A stretch of DNA of 64,000 bases from assembly GCA_002404465.1 (NCBI GenBank), contig DHJT01000028.1, positions 14,712-78,711 of the forward strand. The letters run 5' to 3'. This document shows, piece by piece, positions 11,916 through 22,684 of the stretch. This stretch comes from Sutterella sp. UBA4713. GTDB lineage: Bacteria > Pseudomonadota > Gammaproteobacteria > Burkholderiales > Burkholderiaceae_F. Both the position numbers and the translations under genes were made by a program. Each line of letters opens with the position of its first letter. Within the stretch, counting starts at the first letter, position 1. The notes under the pieces are model-generated. The model ran no database searches. It saw only the letters and a list, made by a program, of their open reading frames with translations, and had not been told where the DNA came from.

Positions 11916-12839
11916 TTAAAAATTTAAGAGGCTGGCCGCTACAACGGAAACGGTCAACAGACTCGAAAAAGAAAGCTCCAATTTAACTGTTGAAAACAAA
12001 ATGGCATTAAGCGCTTCGTCTTGTTGTCTCGGTAGTGTTTTAATGAGAAAGAGGCACTTCGGCAAGACTAACAGGACGATAGTCACTGGATATAGGCGCA
12101 AGTCCGAAAGAATGATCCCTGCACAAGCCATAAAAGGCAATAATATTAGGCATGTGTACAGAAGGCGAGTTTTTTGAGGTCCAAGAAGAACGGCTAGTGT
12201 CATGCGTTTGACAGAGGCATCATGCACGATATCGCGGTAGTTATTAATGACTAAGACGGCCGTTGCCAGAAAACCGACGGAACAAGAAGCAAAAAAACAG
12301 GATAAGGAAAAGGATTGTGTCTGCAGATAGTAGGTTCCGCAGACGGCTGTAATTCCGAAAAAGACAAAGCACACGACTTCACTTATCGGGGTGAAGGCCA
12401 AGGGTTTCGGACCTCCCATATACAAGTAGGCTGCAACGATTGAGGCTACGCTGATAAAGATGATAACCCAGCCGCCGGAGATCATCAGATAAAGCGTATC
12501 GAGTGCAACGATAAATCCGAGAAAAACAATGGCCTTTTCTACACGTGATACGGAAAGAAGTCCTAAGGAAGTTGCTCTCGGAAGACCTTTTCGGTTTGTG
12601 CGTTCTGCATTTCTGCGAGTGTAGGCCGCGTCATTTTCCATGTTAGATATGGCTTGCATGAGAACGGATAAAAGGATTGTCGCTAATGCGACAGTCCAGT
12701 CCAGAGTGTGCCTATCAAAAAAAGCGATAGCCAACCCAACAAGTACAGGAGACAAAGCAATCGCCCAGGTTTTCGGACGACAGCACATCATCCAAGCTTC
12801 GAGCGAATTTGCTTTTAGGCTGGAATTGCCGTTTGTCAT
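11916..12839 (-). CDS. menA: 1,4-dihydroxy-2-naphthoate polyprenyltransferase
   Basis: CRPKTWAIALSPV, SNMENDAAY, YMGGPKP, INNYRDIVHDASVKRMTLAVLLG; polytopic UbiA-family membrane protein. Confidence 0.9.
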   Translation of the reverse strand: MTNGNSSLKANSLEAWMMCCRPKTWAIALSPVLVGLAIAFFDRHTLDWTVALATILLSVLMQAISNMENDAAYTRRNAERTNRKGLPRATSLGLLSVSRVEKAIVFLGFIVALDTLYLMISGGWVIIFISVASIVAAYLYMGGPKPLAFTPISEVVCFVFFGITAVCGTYYLQTQSFSLSCFFASCSVGFLATAVLVINNYRDIVHDASVKRMTLAVLLGPQKTRLLYTCLILLPFMACAGIILSDLRLYPVTIVLLVLPKCLFLIKTLPRQQDEALNAILFSTVKLELSFSSLLTVSVVAASLLNF

Positions 12840-13108
12840 AGAACAAACCTTGCATCTTCAAGTGCTGTCAGAGCACGATAAACAGCATCGAGTTGCTCTT
12901 GGCTGTCGACAAAAACATCAGCAGTCAAAGAAATGTAAGCTTTGTTTTTCGAGTATTCTGAAATCAGTGTTGACGGCTCGAAAAGAGGCACAACCGAACG
13001 GATGGCCGCAGTAACGTCGCCGGTAAAACTTTCCGTATTATTGCCGACGATTTTGATTGGAAATAGTGTAGGAAATGTTAAAAGAGGTTTATTTGATTCT
13101 TGTTTCAT
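12836..13108 (-). CDS. ybeD: DUF493/YbeD family protein
   Basis: LLTFPTLFPIKIVG...SKNKAYISLT...SQEQLDAVYRAL...FVL. Confidence 0.9.
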   Translation of the reverse strand: MKQESNKPLLTFPTLFPIKIVGNNTESFTGDVTAAIRSVVPLFEPSTLISEYSKNKAYISLTADVFVDSQEQLDAVYRALTALEDARFVL

Positions 13109-14318
13109 TGCCGGAAAAATAATTTTCTGTTGTTCTTAGTCGAACATCGTCAATCAGGCGACTAATAAAACCGCCTTGCCCGATATCATGTCTTGCATAC
13201 AAGGGAAAGGATGCGATGGGATTTTCTTCAAAAGAAACCTGTAGATCGCCGATTCTTTCACCTTTTTTGATAGGGGCGACAAGCGGGTGCATGTAAACGA
13301 CTCGCGTAGAAAACCCGCCGGTACCTCTGGCAATCAAAAGTTTATGTGGGATGGTGACCCAGACGGCGCGAGAAAAACCGACGTCAAGTTTATCCCGGTT
13401 TCCTTTTAAAACATCAAGCCTGGCAATCGTTGTATTGTCATCAAATAGCTTAATCGTATCGTAGTTAAGCCAACCCTGACGCAATAGGTTGAATGATTCA
13501 TCAATTGTTTTTTCACGATTCTTGCCGTTAAGAACAACGCTAATCAATGAACGGGGAATCATTTTTTCATTTTCTTGACGTAACCACGACGAAATCACGT
13601 TTAAGTTTGAGGTACTAGCCATTACCCCGTTGATGCTCGGACTTTTCCATAGAGACAAGTTGCAATTTTTCTGGGTGTGTCCGGAAAAAGAGAATTCTGC
13701 CTGAGAGAACCATGCGAAAGCTTCTGGAAACTCAATACGAATTTGATTAGCTAAGATGGCTAAATCGTTGGCTGAGGATGTTTGATTCGAAGAGGCAATC
13801 GGGAAGGTGAAAACTGAATCATGCATGCCAAGGCTTTTGGCCAGTCGATTCATCTCTTGAGCAAATGTTTCATAGCTTCCGCTTAAAAAGCGCGCCGTGG
13901 CAAGACAAGAATCTTCCGCACCGACGATGGCAATTGATTGTAATAATGTTTTTAACGGGACTTTTGTTTCCGAAACCAAATAAATGCGTCGAGGGCTTTG
14001 TGAGCGCTGTGTGTCCTCATAGCTTACGGGAACGGATGCTGTAGCGAGTTTTTGATTTTTCTCCGAGAGTTTTAACGCCGTGTAAAGCGTCATCAAACAC
14101 GTCAGTTCCGACGGATTAATGCTTTCATGGGCTCTTTTTTCAAATAAGACGGCACCGCTTTCTGCATCAATTAAAACAGCGATCGGCGCAGCAAGATGCA
14201 TTGATTCTGCACGAACGGTGTTGCTTAATGCAAAAAGAAAGAGACAAGAGACAATAGCAAGAAAATTTCGTAACATGCGTGGAATTTTACTTTTTTGTTT
14301 CGCGAAAGTCTGTGGCAT
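13089..14318 (-). CDS. D-alanyl-D-alanine carboxypeptidase (PBP5/DacC family) homologue with degenerate catalytic motifs
   Basis: Signal peptide, LIDAESGAVLFEK, MNRLAKSLGMHDS, SSANDLAILA, and PBP5 C-terminal LVAPIKKGERIG. Sits upstream of ybeD. Start may be 14276. Confidence 0.85.
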   Translation of the reverse strand: MPQTFAKQKSKIPRMLRNFLAIVSCLFLFALSNTVRAESMHLAAPIAVLIDAESGAVLFEKRAHESINPSELTCLMTLYTALKLSEKNQKLATASVPVSYEDTQRSQSPRRIYLVSETKVPLKTLLQSIAIVGAEDSCLATARFLSGSYETFAQEMNRLAKSLGMHDSVFTFPIASSNQTSSANDLAILANQIRIEFPEAFAWFSQAEFSFSGHTQKNCNLSLWKSPSINGVMASTSNLNVISSWLRQENEKMIPRSLISVVLNGKNREKTIDESFNLLRQGWLNYDTIKLFDDNTTIARLDVLKGNRDKLDVGFSRAVWVTIPHKLLIARGTGGFSTRVVYMHPLVAPIKKGERIGDLQVSFEENPIASFPLYARHDIGQGGFISRLIDDVRLRTTENYFSGNETRIK

Positions 14319-14373
14319 TATCAGTTAGCCGTTTCGAGTAAGAGAGGTGTACTTTTTTTCAGGATTCAATACG

Positions 14374-15120
14374 ATGTCTGTGCGTGAAAAGCAACTATCG
14401 GATTCTCTCGGACCACGGTTTTGTGTCCGGTGGCTCGAACAAACCGAAAGTACGAATGCAAATGTCAAACATGATTTGGTAGCGGGTTTTGATCATCGCG
14501 TACTTGTGTGTCTGGCTGATCATCAAACAAAAGGCAAGGGTACACGCGGTCGTATGTGGATAAGTGAAAAAGAAGCACTGCTTGTGAGTATCGGCTTTCG
14601 TGATACCGAACCGAATCCGGCTTTAATGCCTGTTCTTGGGTGGGAAGTGATGAATTTATGTCGGCAAACGGATTCGCGCGTACGCGTTAAATGGCCGAAT
14701 GACTTGTGGGCAGATGGAAAAAAACTCGGAGGGATTTTGTGTGAGGTCGTTCATCAAAAAGATAAGCACACGGGGTTGGTTATCGGAATCGGAATTAATC
14801 TTAAAGGAGACAATTTACAGCATGCTTATCTCAAACTTGCACCGGAAAAGTATCTCGAATTTTTCTCCAATGTGATTCGAACGGTCACTGATTGTGTACA
14901 AACATTTACGCCTGCGAGAGTTCGACAGATTTGTTCGCAATGGAAACGCTTTGACGTACTCTATGGGACTCAAGTCTTTGCTCAGACAGTAAATGGTCGG
15001 ATAATTTCAGGTACGGAACTGGGAATCAATGAAAAAGGGGAGTTGATTCTTTCCCGCGGAACGCAACAAATGGCGTTTTCAGATATCACCCTGCACACTA
15101 ACATGAGACGGCGAGAGTGA
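14374..15120 (+). CDS. birA: biotin--protein ligase (no N-terminal HTH)
   Basis: TESTN, QTKGKGTRGRMW, VKWPND, KKLGGILCE, VIGIGIN. Confidence 0.92.
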   Translation: MSVREKQLSDSLGPRFCVRWLEQTESTNANVKHDLVAGFDHRVLVCLADHQTKGKGTRGRMWISEKEALLVSIGFRDTEPNPALMPVLGWEVMNLCRQTDSRVRVKWPNDLWADGKKLGGILCEVVHQKDKHTGLVIGIGINLKGDNLQHAYLKLAPEKYLEFFSNVIRTVTDCVQTFTPARVRQICSQWKRFDVLYGTQVFAQTVNGRIISGTELGINEKGELILSRGTQQMAFSDITLHTNMRRRE

Positions 15121-15875
15121 CGGTTTTATTGGTTGATTTGGGAAACACGGCTTTGAAGTGGTCTACTTCGGAATTTCCCGGAGAGCCGCATACATACGTG
15201 CATGCAGGGTCTTCGATTCTTTCCGAAGAGTTGATTCGTCAGTGGTTATCGCTACGCCCGAGCCGTGTTTTCGGTTGTATGGTCTCGAGTGAAGCTTTGG
15301 CCTTGTCGCTGACGAAATTTTTTAATCGGCAGCAGATTCACTGGGAATGGCTTCAATCGGAAAAAGTCTTTAAAGGCCCATTTTGTTTGAAAAATGGGTA
15401 TGACAATTACAAGCAACTTGGAAGTGATCGGTGGTATGCCGCAATCGGAGCTGCTAGCCTTTTTCCAAATAAGGCACTTTTGATTGCTCAAATCGGGACT
15501 GCGACAACAGTTGATACGGTTTTACCTGATCGTAGCGGCATGATTTTCCTTGGCGGGCGCATTTTGGCAGGTCCGTCACTCATGATCTCATCGCTTACCG
15601 GAGCAACGCAGTGCAAGTACAGCGAACCAGGAAAACAAGAAGCCTTTCCCTTAAATACGGTTGACGCCATCAGTACGGGAATTATCGAAGCACATTTGGG
15701 GGTTTTTGAGCACGCCTGTCGTGCTGTTCGAGAAAAGGGATTTGAACCGCAGATTGTTTTCGCTGGCGGCGCTGCCCCGCTTTTGGCCCCTTACATTACT
15801 CAGGCATTTCCCGGAGCTGTACAAAAACATAATTTGGTTTTGCATGGATTGGCCTTAAGATCCAAGCTTGATTAA
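15117..15875 (+). CDS. coaX: type III pantothenate kinase
   Basis: LLVDLGNTALKW, LGSDRW, GTATTVD, GGRILAGP; coupled to birA by a GTGA overlap. Confidence 0.93.
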   Translation: MTVLLVDLGNTALKWSTSEFPGEPHTYVHAGSSILSEELIRQWLSLRPSRVFGCMVSSEALALSLTKFFNRQQIHWEWLQSEKVFKGPFCLKNGYDNYKQLGSDRWYAAIGAASLFPNKALLIAQIGTATTVDTVLPDRSGMIFLGGRILAGPSLMISSLTGATQCKYSEPGKQEAFPLNTVDAISTGIIEAHLGVFEHACRAVREKGFEPQIVFAGGAAPLLAPYITQAFPGAVQKHNLVLHGLALRSKLD

Positions 15876-15888
15876 ATCGGTACGGTTC

Positions 15889-16551
15889 ATGCGCATAACA
15901 GTCCTTTTTTTATTGATTGTATTCGGTGGGCTCATCGGTTACGGGATTGATTGTTGTCAGCAGAAGTCTCGCGAAACGGATATAGCAACACGGACAGTCC
16001 CCCTGAATGTGACGGTTTTGACGAAAAAGGGGGCAGGATCAACGGAAGAAACAACCGAGGGACAGCCCCTTGAAATTGAAGAAAACGAAAAAAAATGTTT
16101 TGTGCTTGGCCCTGTTCCGCAAGGAGTCACCAAGCGCATTGCCGAGAGTTTACGGCGCAGTGGGCTTGAAAAAGATATGGTGATTTGCGACCGGTTTTTA
16201 CCGGAGCGATTTGTTGTGTTTTTAGGTCCTTTGGAAAACAAAACTGCGCTTCGAGCCTTTGCTAAACAACTTAGACAACAGGGCTATAAAAACATACGAC
16301 CTACCGAGCGCGGGGCTTTGGCTCCTGGTCTTGAGATTGCTGAGTTTGAGACCGAATATCAAGCCGTAGCATACATTGAATCGGGAAAAGCGCCGGGAAT
16401 ATCCGGGATTCGTGTTATTAAGCGTCTTGGCGAACCTTCCGGTCAGGTGGACATAGTTTTTCAAGAGCTTGATTCGTTCGAAGCAAAAAAAGTGCTTGCT
16501 CTGACCGGGCGTTTTTCTGGAATGAAAATCAAGGAGTGCTCGAAAAATTAA
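15889..16551 (+). CDS. SPOR-like membrane-anchored protein
   Basis: N-terminal TM, CFVLGP motif and a C-terminal Cys. Usual position after birA-coaX in Betaproteobacteria. Confidence 0.65.
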   Translation: MRITVLFLLIVFGGLIGYGIDCCQQKSRETDIATRTVPLNVTVLTKKGAGSTEETTEGQPLEIEENEKKCFVLGPVPQGVTKRIAESLRRSGLEKDMVICDRFLPERFVVFLGPLENKTALRAFAKQLRQQGYKNIRPTERGALAPGLEIAEFETEYQAVAYIESGKAPGISGIRVIKRLGEPSGQVDIVFQELDSFEAKKVLALTGRFSGMKIKECSKN

Positions 16552-16988
16552 TCGAGAAACTCCTGCGAAAGAATGCTCGGAAGTCGGCGCACAAAGTCAC
16601 AAGCAGTCATTTTTCGTGTTTTAAGAACGGCCTCTGAAGTTTGACGCTGTTTAATGCCCCAGGTTGATTCCGGAAAGTAGGCATCGTCTGTAAATCGAGC
16701 AATGATATGCCAATGTACATGTGGGACCATCGTTCCGAACTCAGCGAGATTGATTTTGTCAGGATGCAGCAGACGGCGCATCGCAGATTCGATACAAAAC
16801 ACAACACGCATGACATGGAGGCGTTCTGCCTCTGATAGATCTGTCATTTCTTTGACATGGCGCGTCAAGATGACACGAACAAAACCGGGAAGTTCCTCAG
16901 TTGAGGCATCGATGACATAAACAAGCGAATCACGCCAGAGTTCTTTCGGGTGATGAGGAACGCATAACGGGCAGGTAAAAGAAGACAT
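16548..16988 (-). CDS. HIT family protein
   Basis: CPLC, PDKINLAEFGTMVPHVHWHIIARF (histidine triad). Confidence 0.93.
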   Translation of the reverse strand: MSSFTCPLCVPHHPKELWRDSLVYVIDASTEELPGFVRVILTRHVKEMTDLSEAERLHVMRVVFCIESAMRRLLHPDKINLAEFGTMVPHVHWHIIARFTDDAYFPESTWGIKQRQTSEAVLKTRKMTACDFVRRLPSILSQEFLD

Positions 16989-16995
16989 CGGAGTG

Positions 16996-17028
16996 AAAAA
17001 GAAGGAGGGGACGACTGGCGGCGTCCCC
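16996..17028 (-). terminator. intrinsic terminator after the FAD/Fe-S oxidoreductase
   Basis: GGGGACG...CGTCCCC stem at 17007-17028, followed on the minus strand by a U-rich tract. Confidence 0.55.
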
Positions 17029-17040
17029 GTTTATTAAGAG

Positions 17041-20000
17041 TTAAACCAAGACACTTTCAATCCCGTCTTTTTTAACGCGATCAATGAAGTTTTTCAGCCA
17101 CGCATCGCTGAGTTTTAAGCGGGCTAATTCGACGATGAGGAATTCAGCCGAAGTCTTTGTCGATTGCGAGTAGCGGCTGATGCCTTGGAAGCAACCCGGA
17201 CATGTCGTCAGAATTCGAACATGGCCATCAAAGCTGTCCTTCGTTAATTCCGAACGAGCCTTTAGGATGCTTTCCTCTTTTCGGAATCGAACCTGTGTTG
17301 CAATGTCCGGACGACCGACGGCAAATGTTCCGGACTCGCCGCAACAGTAATCGGTTTGGAGAACGCGGCTTGCATCCTTCGGATGCACGAGCTTATTGAC
17401 AACGTCAGTACCTTTTACGGAAATAAACGGTGTATGACAGGGATCGTGATACAGATACCGCATTTTATCTTTCCCTTGAACGGCAAAGCCTTTTTCAGCT
17501 AAATACTGATGGATGTCGATAAGACGGCATCCGGGAAAAATTTTCTCAAAGTGGTATTCCTTTAGCTGTTTTAAGCAGGTTCCGCAACTAACAACAACTG
17601 TTTTTATATCTAAGTAATTGAGTGTATTAGCTACACGATGGAAAAGTACACGATTTTCCATAGCGATTTTTTCAGCAAGCGACCCTTGTCCGTTTCCTTT
17701 TTGCGGATAGCCGCAACACATGTAACGCGGAGGCAAGACGGTTTGAACCCCGCTTTCGAAAAGCAAAGCTAATGAAGCAATACCGATTTCCGGAAACAGT
17801 CGGTCATTACCGCATCCCGGGAAATACAGGACAGCTTCGTTATCTCGCGCGTCTGGTTTACGGATAATCGGAACACGCGTCGAATCTGTCAGACCCAAGG
17901 CCGTCCGTAACGTTTGTGTCATGCGCGGCTTCGGGAGCTTGCGGTTTACAAGTGTGATGACTTGTTCGACAAAGGGTTGCTCGCCGGTTGTGTTCGGCGG
18001 TCGTTTCAGTCCGGGTTCAATGGCAAAGTGTAGCAAACGATTCGCATTTCTCTGTGCATTAAAGCCGAATTGAACCAACGTTTTTCTGGCGACTTCTATG
18101 GCAGTCGGGTTTTGTAGATTTAAAAATGCCATACCTGCGGCTTTTGCCGGCTGCAGGTGTTTTAATCCGGAGTCATGCAACAAATCACGCATGAGAATCG
18201 TGACATTGCCGAAATTAATCTTGACCGGACAGACTGGGCGACATTTCATGCAAAGCGTGCAGTGATCGGAAAGATCTTCGATGGATTCAAGATGGCGCTT
18301 GCTAAGGCCTCGTCGTGTCTGCTCCTCATAAAGGAAGGCCTCAATTAGAAGCGAGGTTGCGAGAATCTTATTTCGCGGAGAGTACAGTAGGTTGGCTCTT
18401 GGAACATGAGTCGTGCAGCGGGGCTTACATTTCCCGCAACGCAGGCAGTTTTTAATTGAGTCGCTAATGGCTTTAATTTGTGTTTGCTGCATGATGAGCG
18501 ACTCGGCACCGAGTAGGTTAAAGCTCGGGGTGTAGGCGCTTTCCAACCCGCCCTCTTTGCGAAGCTTCCCTGCGTTGAAATGGCGCTGTGGGTCGACGCG
18601 ATCCAAATATGCATAAAAGGGTTTTAAATCTTTTTCGTCGACAAAAGCAATCTTCGTTAGTCCGATGCCGTGTTCGCCGGTGATGGAACCACCGAGTTTT
18701 TTGGCAGCGTCCATAACGAGCGAAATGGCTTTTTCGCCCAGTTGCATCATTGCGTAGTTATCTGAGTTGAGCGGGACGTTTGTATGAACGTTTCCGTCGC
18801 CGGCATGCATGTGCAGAGCAATAAAGACGCGTCCATGCAAAACCTTATCGTGGATAGCATCAATGGCAGCGAGAATGCCTTCAAAGATGTTGGGCGGGAA
18901 AATCTTGGCTAGAGGATCTCTGACTTCCGTGTGCCACGAAATGCGCAAAACACGGTCATACACCACGTCAAAAAGCGTGGCATTCTCGCCGTAGGTCTTT
19001 GGAAGTGCTCCCGAGAACGTCAAGCCGAGCGATTTAAGATCGATTAATGCTTGTTTCAAAGGCGAGTCTAGTCTTTCCAGGATATATGTCCAACGCTTCT
19101 TTACACGAGCCAACAAATCTAGGGCATCGGGAATTGCGTTTTGCAGAAGTTCAGCCTGGGAAAGGTCGGAATCTACTTTTTCGAGCAATGCTCGGGTTTT
19201 TAAAGCCGCTGTTACGGCGTCGACCATCTCGAGCTTATTTTTCACGGAGCATTCAATATTGAAACGCTCGCAGATAATGGTGTAATCACCTATTTTTTCT
19301 AAAGGAATGACAACGTCTTCATTGAGTTTGAATGCATTCGTATGGGCACTGATAGCGGCAGTGCGGCTACGTTCATGCCAGAACTGAAAGCGTTTTTCTG
19401 GTGTCGAGGCAATGTATCCTTCACCGTTATGTTTCTGACATAGTTCAACAACTTTTTGGCAGATAGCATCCAAAGCAGCTTCATCATCCCCGACGATGTC
19501 GCCGACAAGAACCATCTTCGGGAATTCTCGGCGTTGTGTTTTCGGAGGATAACCGACGGCATGCAGATACCGATCATCCATATGTTCCAAACCGGCAAGC
19601 ATGCAACCGTTCGGATGCGGATCGAGCATCTGCGTGATTCCGACAATCGCAGGGCCTGCTTCACTGGCTGCACCAAAAAATTCCAAACAGAGCGTGCGTC
19701 CAAGTTTAGGGAGGCGGTGTAAAACCCAGGTAGCCGACGTAATCAAACCGTCGCATCCTTCCTTTTGAACACCGGGAAGTCCGCCGAGAAATTTATTGGA
19801 GACGTCTTTACCCAGACCCGGTTTTCTAAAGGTCGTTCCCGGTATGGTTAATAATTCTTTTTTCAGAACAGCGGCCTTGCTCGGATCGGGTTCTGTCCCG
19901 TCTCGCGTTGTAATTTCCCACGTGACAGTCTTTTGTTTATGGATTTTGTCTAAGTTGTGGTTCAGGCGGACTACGTCGACCCAATTGCCATCTGGGTTGA

Positions 20001-20952
20001 CCATGCGATAGCTGGCCAGGTTGTCAACAGCCGTACCCCACAGACAGGCTTTTTTTCCTCCAGAGTTCTCGCTGATATTGCCGCCGATTGTCGAACTGTC
20101 GGCACTGGCCGGATCAACGGAGAACACCAGGCCGGCAGCATCGGCAGCTTGCATAACGCGTCGCGTAATCGCGCCGCATCCCGTACAGATGACGGAGGTT
20201 TTGTCAGTGCGGCCCGGTAGCGTTTGTTCGAAGACAGGGCCGACGGAATCAAGTTTTTCTGTGTTGATTACGGCACTTAAGGCGCTCATTGGCACAGCAC
20301 CACCTGTGTATCCTGTGCCACCGCCGCGCGGAATAATAACCAAGCCCAAATCGATGCAAGAACGCACCAGAGAAGGTAACTCTGATTCACTATCGGGAGT
20401 TAACACCACAAATGGATATTCGATGCGCCAATCCGTTGCATCCGTGACGTGAGAAACGCGTGTAAAAGGATCAAAACGAATGTTATCTTTGTGTGTATGA
20501 CGCTTCAGGGACCGAAGAACTTTTGAACGCAGTTTGGCAATGTCTGCAAAACTTCTCTCAAATCGATCGACGGCAAAAGAGGCATTTTCAATGAGTTTTC
20601 CGACATCACTGTCGGCGGTTCTGTCTTCCTTGCGTCGTTTGTTCATTTCCGCCAGGCGATGACGCAAAGCCTCAATCAGAAGACGGCGCCTTTTTTTGTC
20701 GGCGAGTAGGTCGTCTTGCAGGTACGGATTCCGTTGAACAACCCAAATATCGCCCAGAACCTCAAAGAGCATACGGGCCGATTGCCCGGTTCTTGATAAG
20801 GAACGCAGACTTTTAAGAAGAGACCAACTGTCCTCTCCGAGCAGTCGAATCACAATTTCTTTGTCGGAAAAGGATGTGTAGTTGTAAGGAATTTCGCGAA
20901 CACGAGCCGCAGTCGTCGAAACGGTATCCTCTTGTTGGTTCTGAGTGGTCAT
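17041..20952 (-). CDS. large FAD-binding / 4Fe-4S / CCG-domain oxidoreductase (GlcD-GlcF-like fusion, DUF3683/DUF3400 type)
   Basis: [69 protein letters not shown] motifs. Confidence 0.92.
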   Translation of the reverse strand: MTTQNQQEDTVSTTAARVREIPYNYTSFSDKEIVIRLLGEDSWSLLKSLRSLSRTGQSARMLFEVLGDIWVVQRNPYLQDDLLADKKRRRLLIEALRHRLAEMNKRRKEDRTADSDVGKLIENASFAVDRFERSFADIAKLRSKVLRSLKRHTHKDNIRFDPFTRVSHVTDATDWRIEYPFVVLTPDSESELPSLVRSCIDLGLVIIPRGGGTGYTGGAVPMSALSAVINTEKLDSVGPVFEQTLPGRTDKTSVICTGCGAITRRVMQAADAAGLVFSVDPASADSSTIGGNISENSGGKKACLWGTAVDNLASYRMVNPDGNWVDVVRLNHNLDKIHKQKTVTWEITTRDGTEPDPSKAAVLKKELLTIPGTTFRKPGLGKDVSNKFLGGLPGVQKEGCDGLITSATWVLHRLPKLGRTLCLEFFGAASEAGPAIVGITQMLDPHPNGCMLAGLEHMDDRYLHAVGYPPKTQRREFPKMVLVGDIVGDDEAALDAICQKVVELCQKHNGEGYIASTPEKRFQFWHERSRTAAISAHTNAFKLNEDVVIPLEKIGDYTIICERFNIECSVKNKLEMVDAVTAALKTRALLEKVDSDLSQAELLQNAIPDALDLLARVKKRWTYILERLDSPLKQALIDLKSLGLTFSGALPKTYGENATLFDVVYDRVLRISWHTEVRDPLAKIFPPNIFEGILAAIDAIHDKVLHGRVFIALHMHAGDGNVHTNVPLNSDNYAMMQLGEKAISLVMDAAKKLGGSITGEHGIGLTKIAFVDEKDLKPFYAYLDRVDPQRHFNAGKLRKEGGLESAYTPSFNLLGAESLIMQQTQIKAISDSIKNCLRCGKCKPRCTTHVPRANLLYSPRNKILATSLLIEAFLYEEQTRRGLSKRHLESIEDLSDHCTLCMKCRPVCPVKINFGNVTILMRDLLHDSGLKHLQPAKAAGMAFLNLQNPTAIEVARKTLVQFGFNAQRNANRLLHFAIEPGLKRPPNTTGEQPFVEQVITLVNRKLPKPRMTQTLRTALGLTDSTRVPIIRKPDARDNEAVLYFPGCGNDRLFPEIGIASLALLFESGVQTVLPPRYMCCGYPQKGNGQGSLAEKIAMENRVLFHRVANTLNYLDIKTVVVSCGTCLKQLKEYHFEKIFPGCRLIDIHQYLAEKGFAVQGKDKMRYLYHDPCHTPFISVKGTDVVNKLVHPKDASRVLQTDYCCGESGTFAVGRPDIATQVRFRKEESILKARSELTKDSFDGHVRILTTCPGCFQGISRYSQSTKTSAEFLIVELARLKLSDAWLKNFIDRVKKDGIESVLV

Positions 20953-21006
20953 AAGTGCAAAGTGTACAAAAAGGTCAAACTAAGGCCGAAACGCCCATTG
21001 TACCGT

Positions 21007-21264
21007 CTAGTTCGAATTGTTGCGGATAAGACGTTGTTGCCCAGAAAAAGGTCTTTCAAACAAGCGGAAAAGTCCCGAGTCGTCATCGAAAATGTCGTAC
21101 GTCCATTTCACATTGCCACGAAGGTCTTCGAGCCAGGCCCGAATCGGGATGTCTAACTCGTCAATGTTGGCATTAAGATAGCTCTCAGCCTCATAAGGCG
21201 TTGCGAATGTTTCGACGAAATCTCCGTAATCAAGGACAACCTGAACAACCAAATCCCTGCGCAT
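21007..21264 (-). CDS. hypothetical acidic protein (85 aa)
   Basis: ATG at 21264 with an AAGGA RBS just downstream of the peptidase stop; protein-like composition. Confidence 0.75.
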   Translation of the reverse strand: MRRDLVVQVVLDYGDFVETFATPYEAESYLNANIDELDIPIRAWLEDLRGNVKWTYDIFDDDSGLFRLFERPFSGQQRLIRNNSN

Positions 21265-21275
21265 AAGAATTTCCT

Positions 21276-22679
21276 TTATGGCATATCGGTAATAATGCGG
21301 GCCATAACTCGACACAGGGCTTCGGCATAATCTAGGTGCAGAGCCTCATCGGGCCCGTGGGCGTTTGAATCCGGGCCGAGAACACCCGTTAAAAGAAATT
21401 GAGCGTTCGGACAGGCTGGCTCCAAAATGTCGAAGATTGAAAGCGAGCCGCCTTCGCCTGAGTAAACGGCACTTTGACCGAACACGCTAAGAGCGGCATC
21501 TTCAATGCTTTTGTGTAACCAAGGTTCTTCTTTTGGAGCATCCCATCCGGCAAAAGACGAAATATCCGTCAGTTCCGTTTTAGCGCCGAACGGAGGGTTG
21601 GTAAGAAGGATACGCTCAAGCGCTTGCGCAGCAAGGCAAGCATCGACGTGAGGCGGGAGCCGGAGCGAAAGACGCAGGGCTGTATAGGAACGAAGAACAT
21701 TGCCGGCGCAGGAAATATCCGGTAGCCCCTGTGCGCCAGTGACTGTCAGTTGCGGTAGCCAGGTTTGAGCAAGAAGGGACTGTTCCGGATTTTGAAAGCG
21801 GAGAATCGGTGAGTCAATCCAAGGAAAATCCTTCGCAAACGAATCCGAAAGCGCGGCTTTAGCACGAACTTGTTCTATGCGTTCTTGTGGAATTGTCGTG
21901 TAAAAGGCCGGATCACGAATCTTTCCGGTGGCGCTCTCTTCTAAGCGCTCGATAAGATGCCGGGCAATCATGAAAGAGTCGGGAACAATTCCTGAAGCTG
22001 TGCCCGAGTGTACGCCGTGTCGCAACACGCTCACTTTAAGTGTTGCCGTCAAAACCCCGCGAAAGTTTGTTGTGATGCAAAGACGTTTGTAATCAAGACA
22101 TCCGGCATCCAGAATCAGCGCCAGACGTACGTCTTTTAACTGCTTAGCAAGAAGCCCAATCCAATACGAAAAGTCCGTAGAGCCGGATTCTTCACAGGTT
22201 TCGAAAATACCGACAAAACGAGGATGCTCAATTCCTCCGGCTTTTAATGCATGTACGAGAGTGACGGCAGAGTAAAAACTGTAACCGTCATCGGCAACTC
22301 CGCGCCCGTATAAAACGGAGCCTTCCTTTTTCGGGCAAAAAGGTGCCCGGCCGTGACTCCATGCACCGCCTTCGGGTTGTTTGTCTAAGTGACCGTAAAA
22401 GAGAACGGCACCGTTTTTTCGACAACCTTGTGAAGCAGGGACTTCAAAGAAAAGAAGCGGCGACTTTCCGGATTCGGTTAGAACGGAACAGTGAATGTCT
22501 GGAATGAGAAGCTTTCCGAAATTCGCTGCATTATCAATGGCACATCGAAGAAATCCGTGTTTTTCCCAATGGGCGTCGAACATCGGAGAAAGGCTCGGGA
22601 TGCGAACGAAGTCTTCAAGTGCCTGTTCGGTTTCGTTTTGCCACAGCGTGTGCAAAACGGAGTCTGTTTTTGAAAACAT
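21276..22679 (-). CDS. M20/M25/M40 family metallopeptidase (DapE/ArgE-like dipeptidase)
   Basis: YGHLDKQP, LYGRGVADDGY, ETCEESGS, HSGTASGIVP, NAHGPDE. Confidence 0.92.
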   Translation of the reverse strand: MFSKTDSVLHTLWQNETEQALEDFVRIPSLSPMFDAHWEKHGFLRCAIDNAANFGKLLIPDIHCSVLTESGKSPLLFFEVPASQGCRKNGAVLFYGHLDKQPEGGAWSHGRAPFCPKKEGSVLYGRGVADDGYSFYSAVTLVHALKAGGIEHPRFVGIFETCEESGSTDFSYWIGLLAKQLKDVRLALILDAGCLDYKRLCITTNFRGVLTATLKVSVLRHGVHSGTASGIVPDSFMIARHLIERLEESATGKIRDPAFYTTIPQERIEQVRAKAALSDSFAKDFPWIDSPILRFQNPEQSLLAQTWLPQLTVTGAQGLPDISCAGNVLRSYTALRLSLRLPPHVDACLAAQALERILLTNPPFGAKTELTDISSFAGWDAPKEEPWLHKSIEDAALSVFGQSAVYSGEGGSLSIFDILEPACPNAQFLLTGVLGPDSNAHGPDEALHLDYAEALCRVMARIITDMP

Positions 22680-22684
22680 AACAA

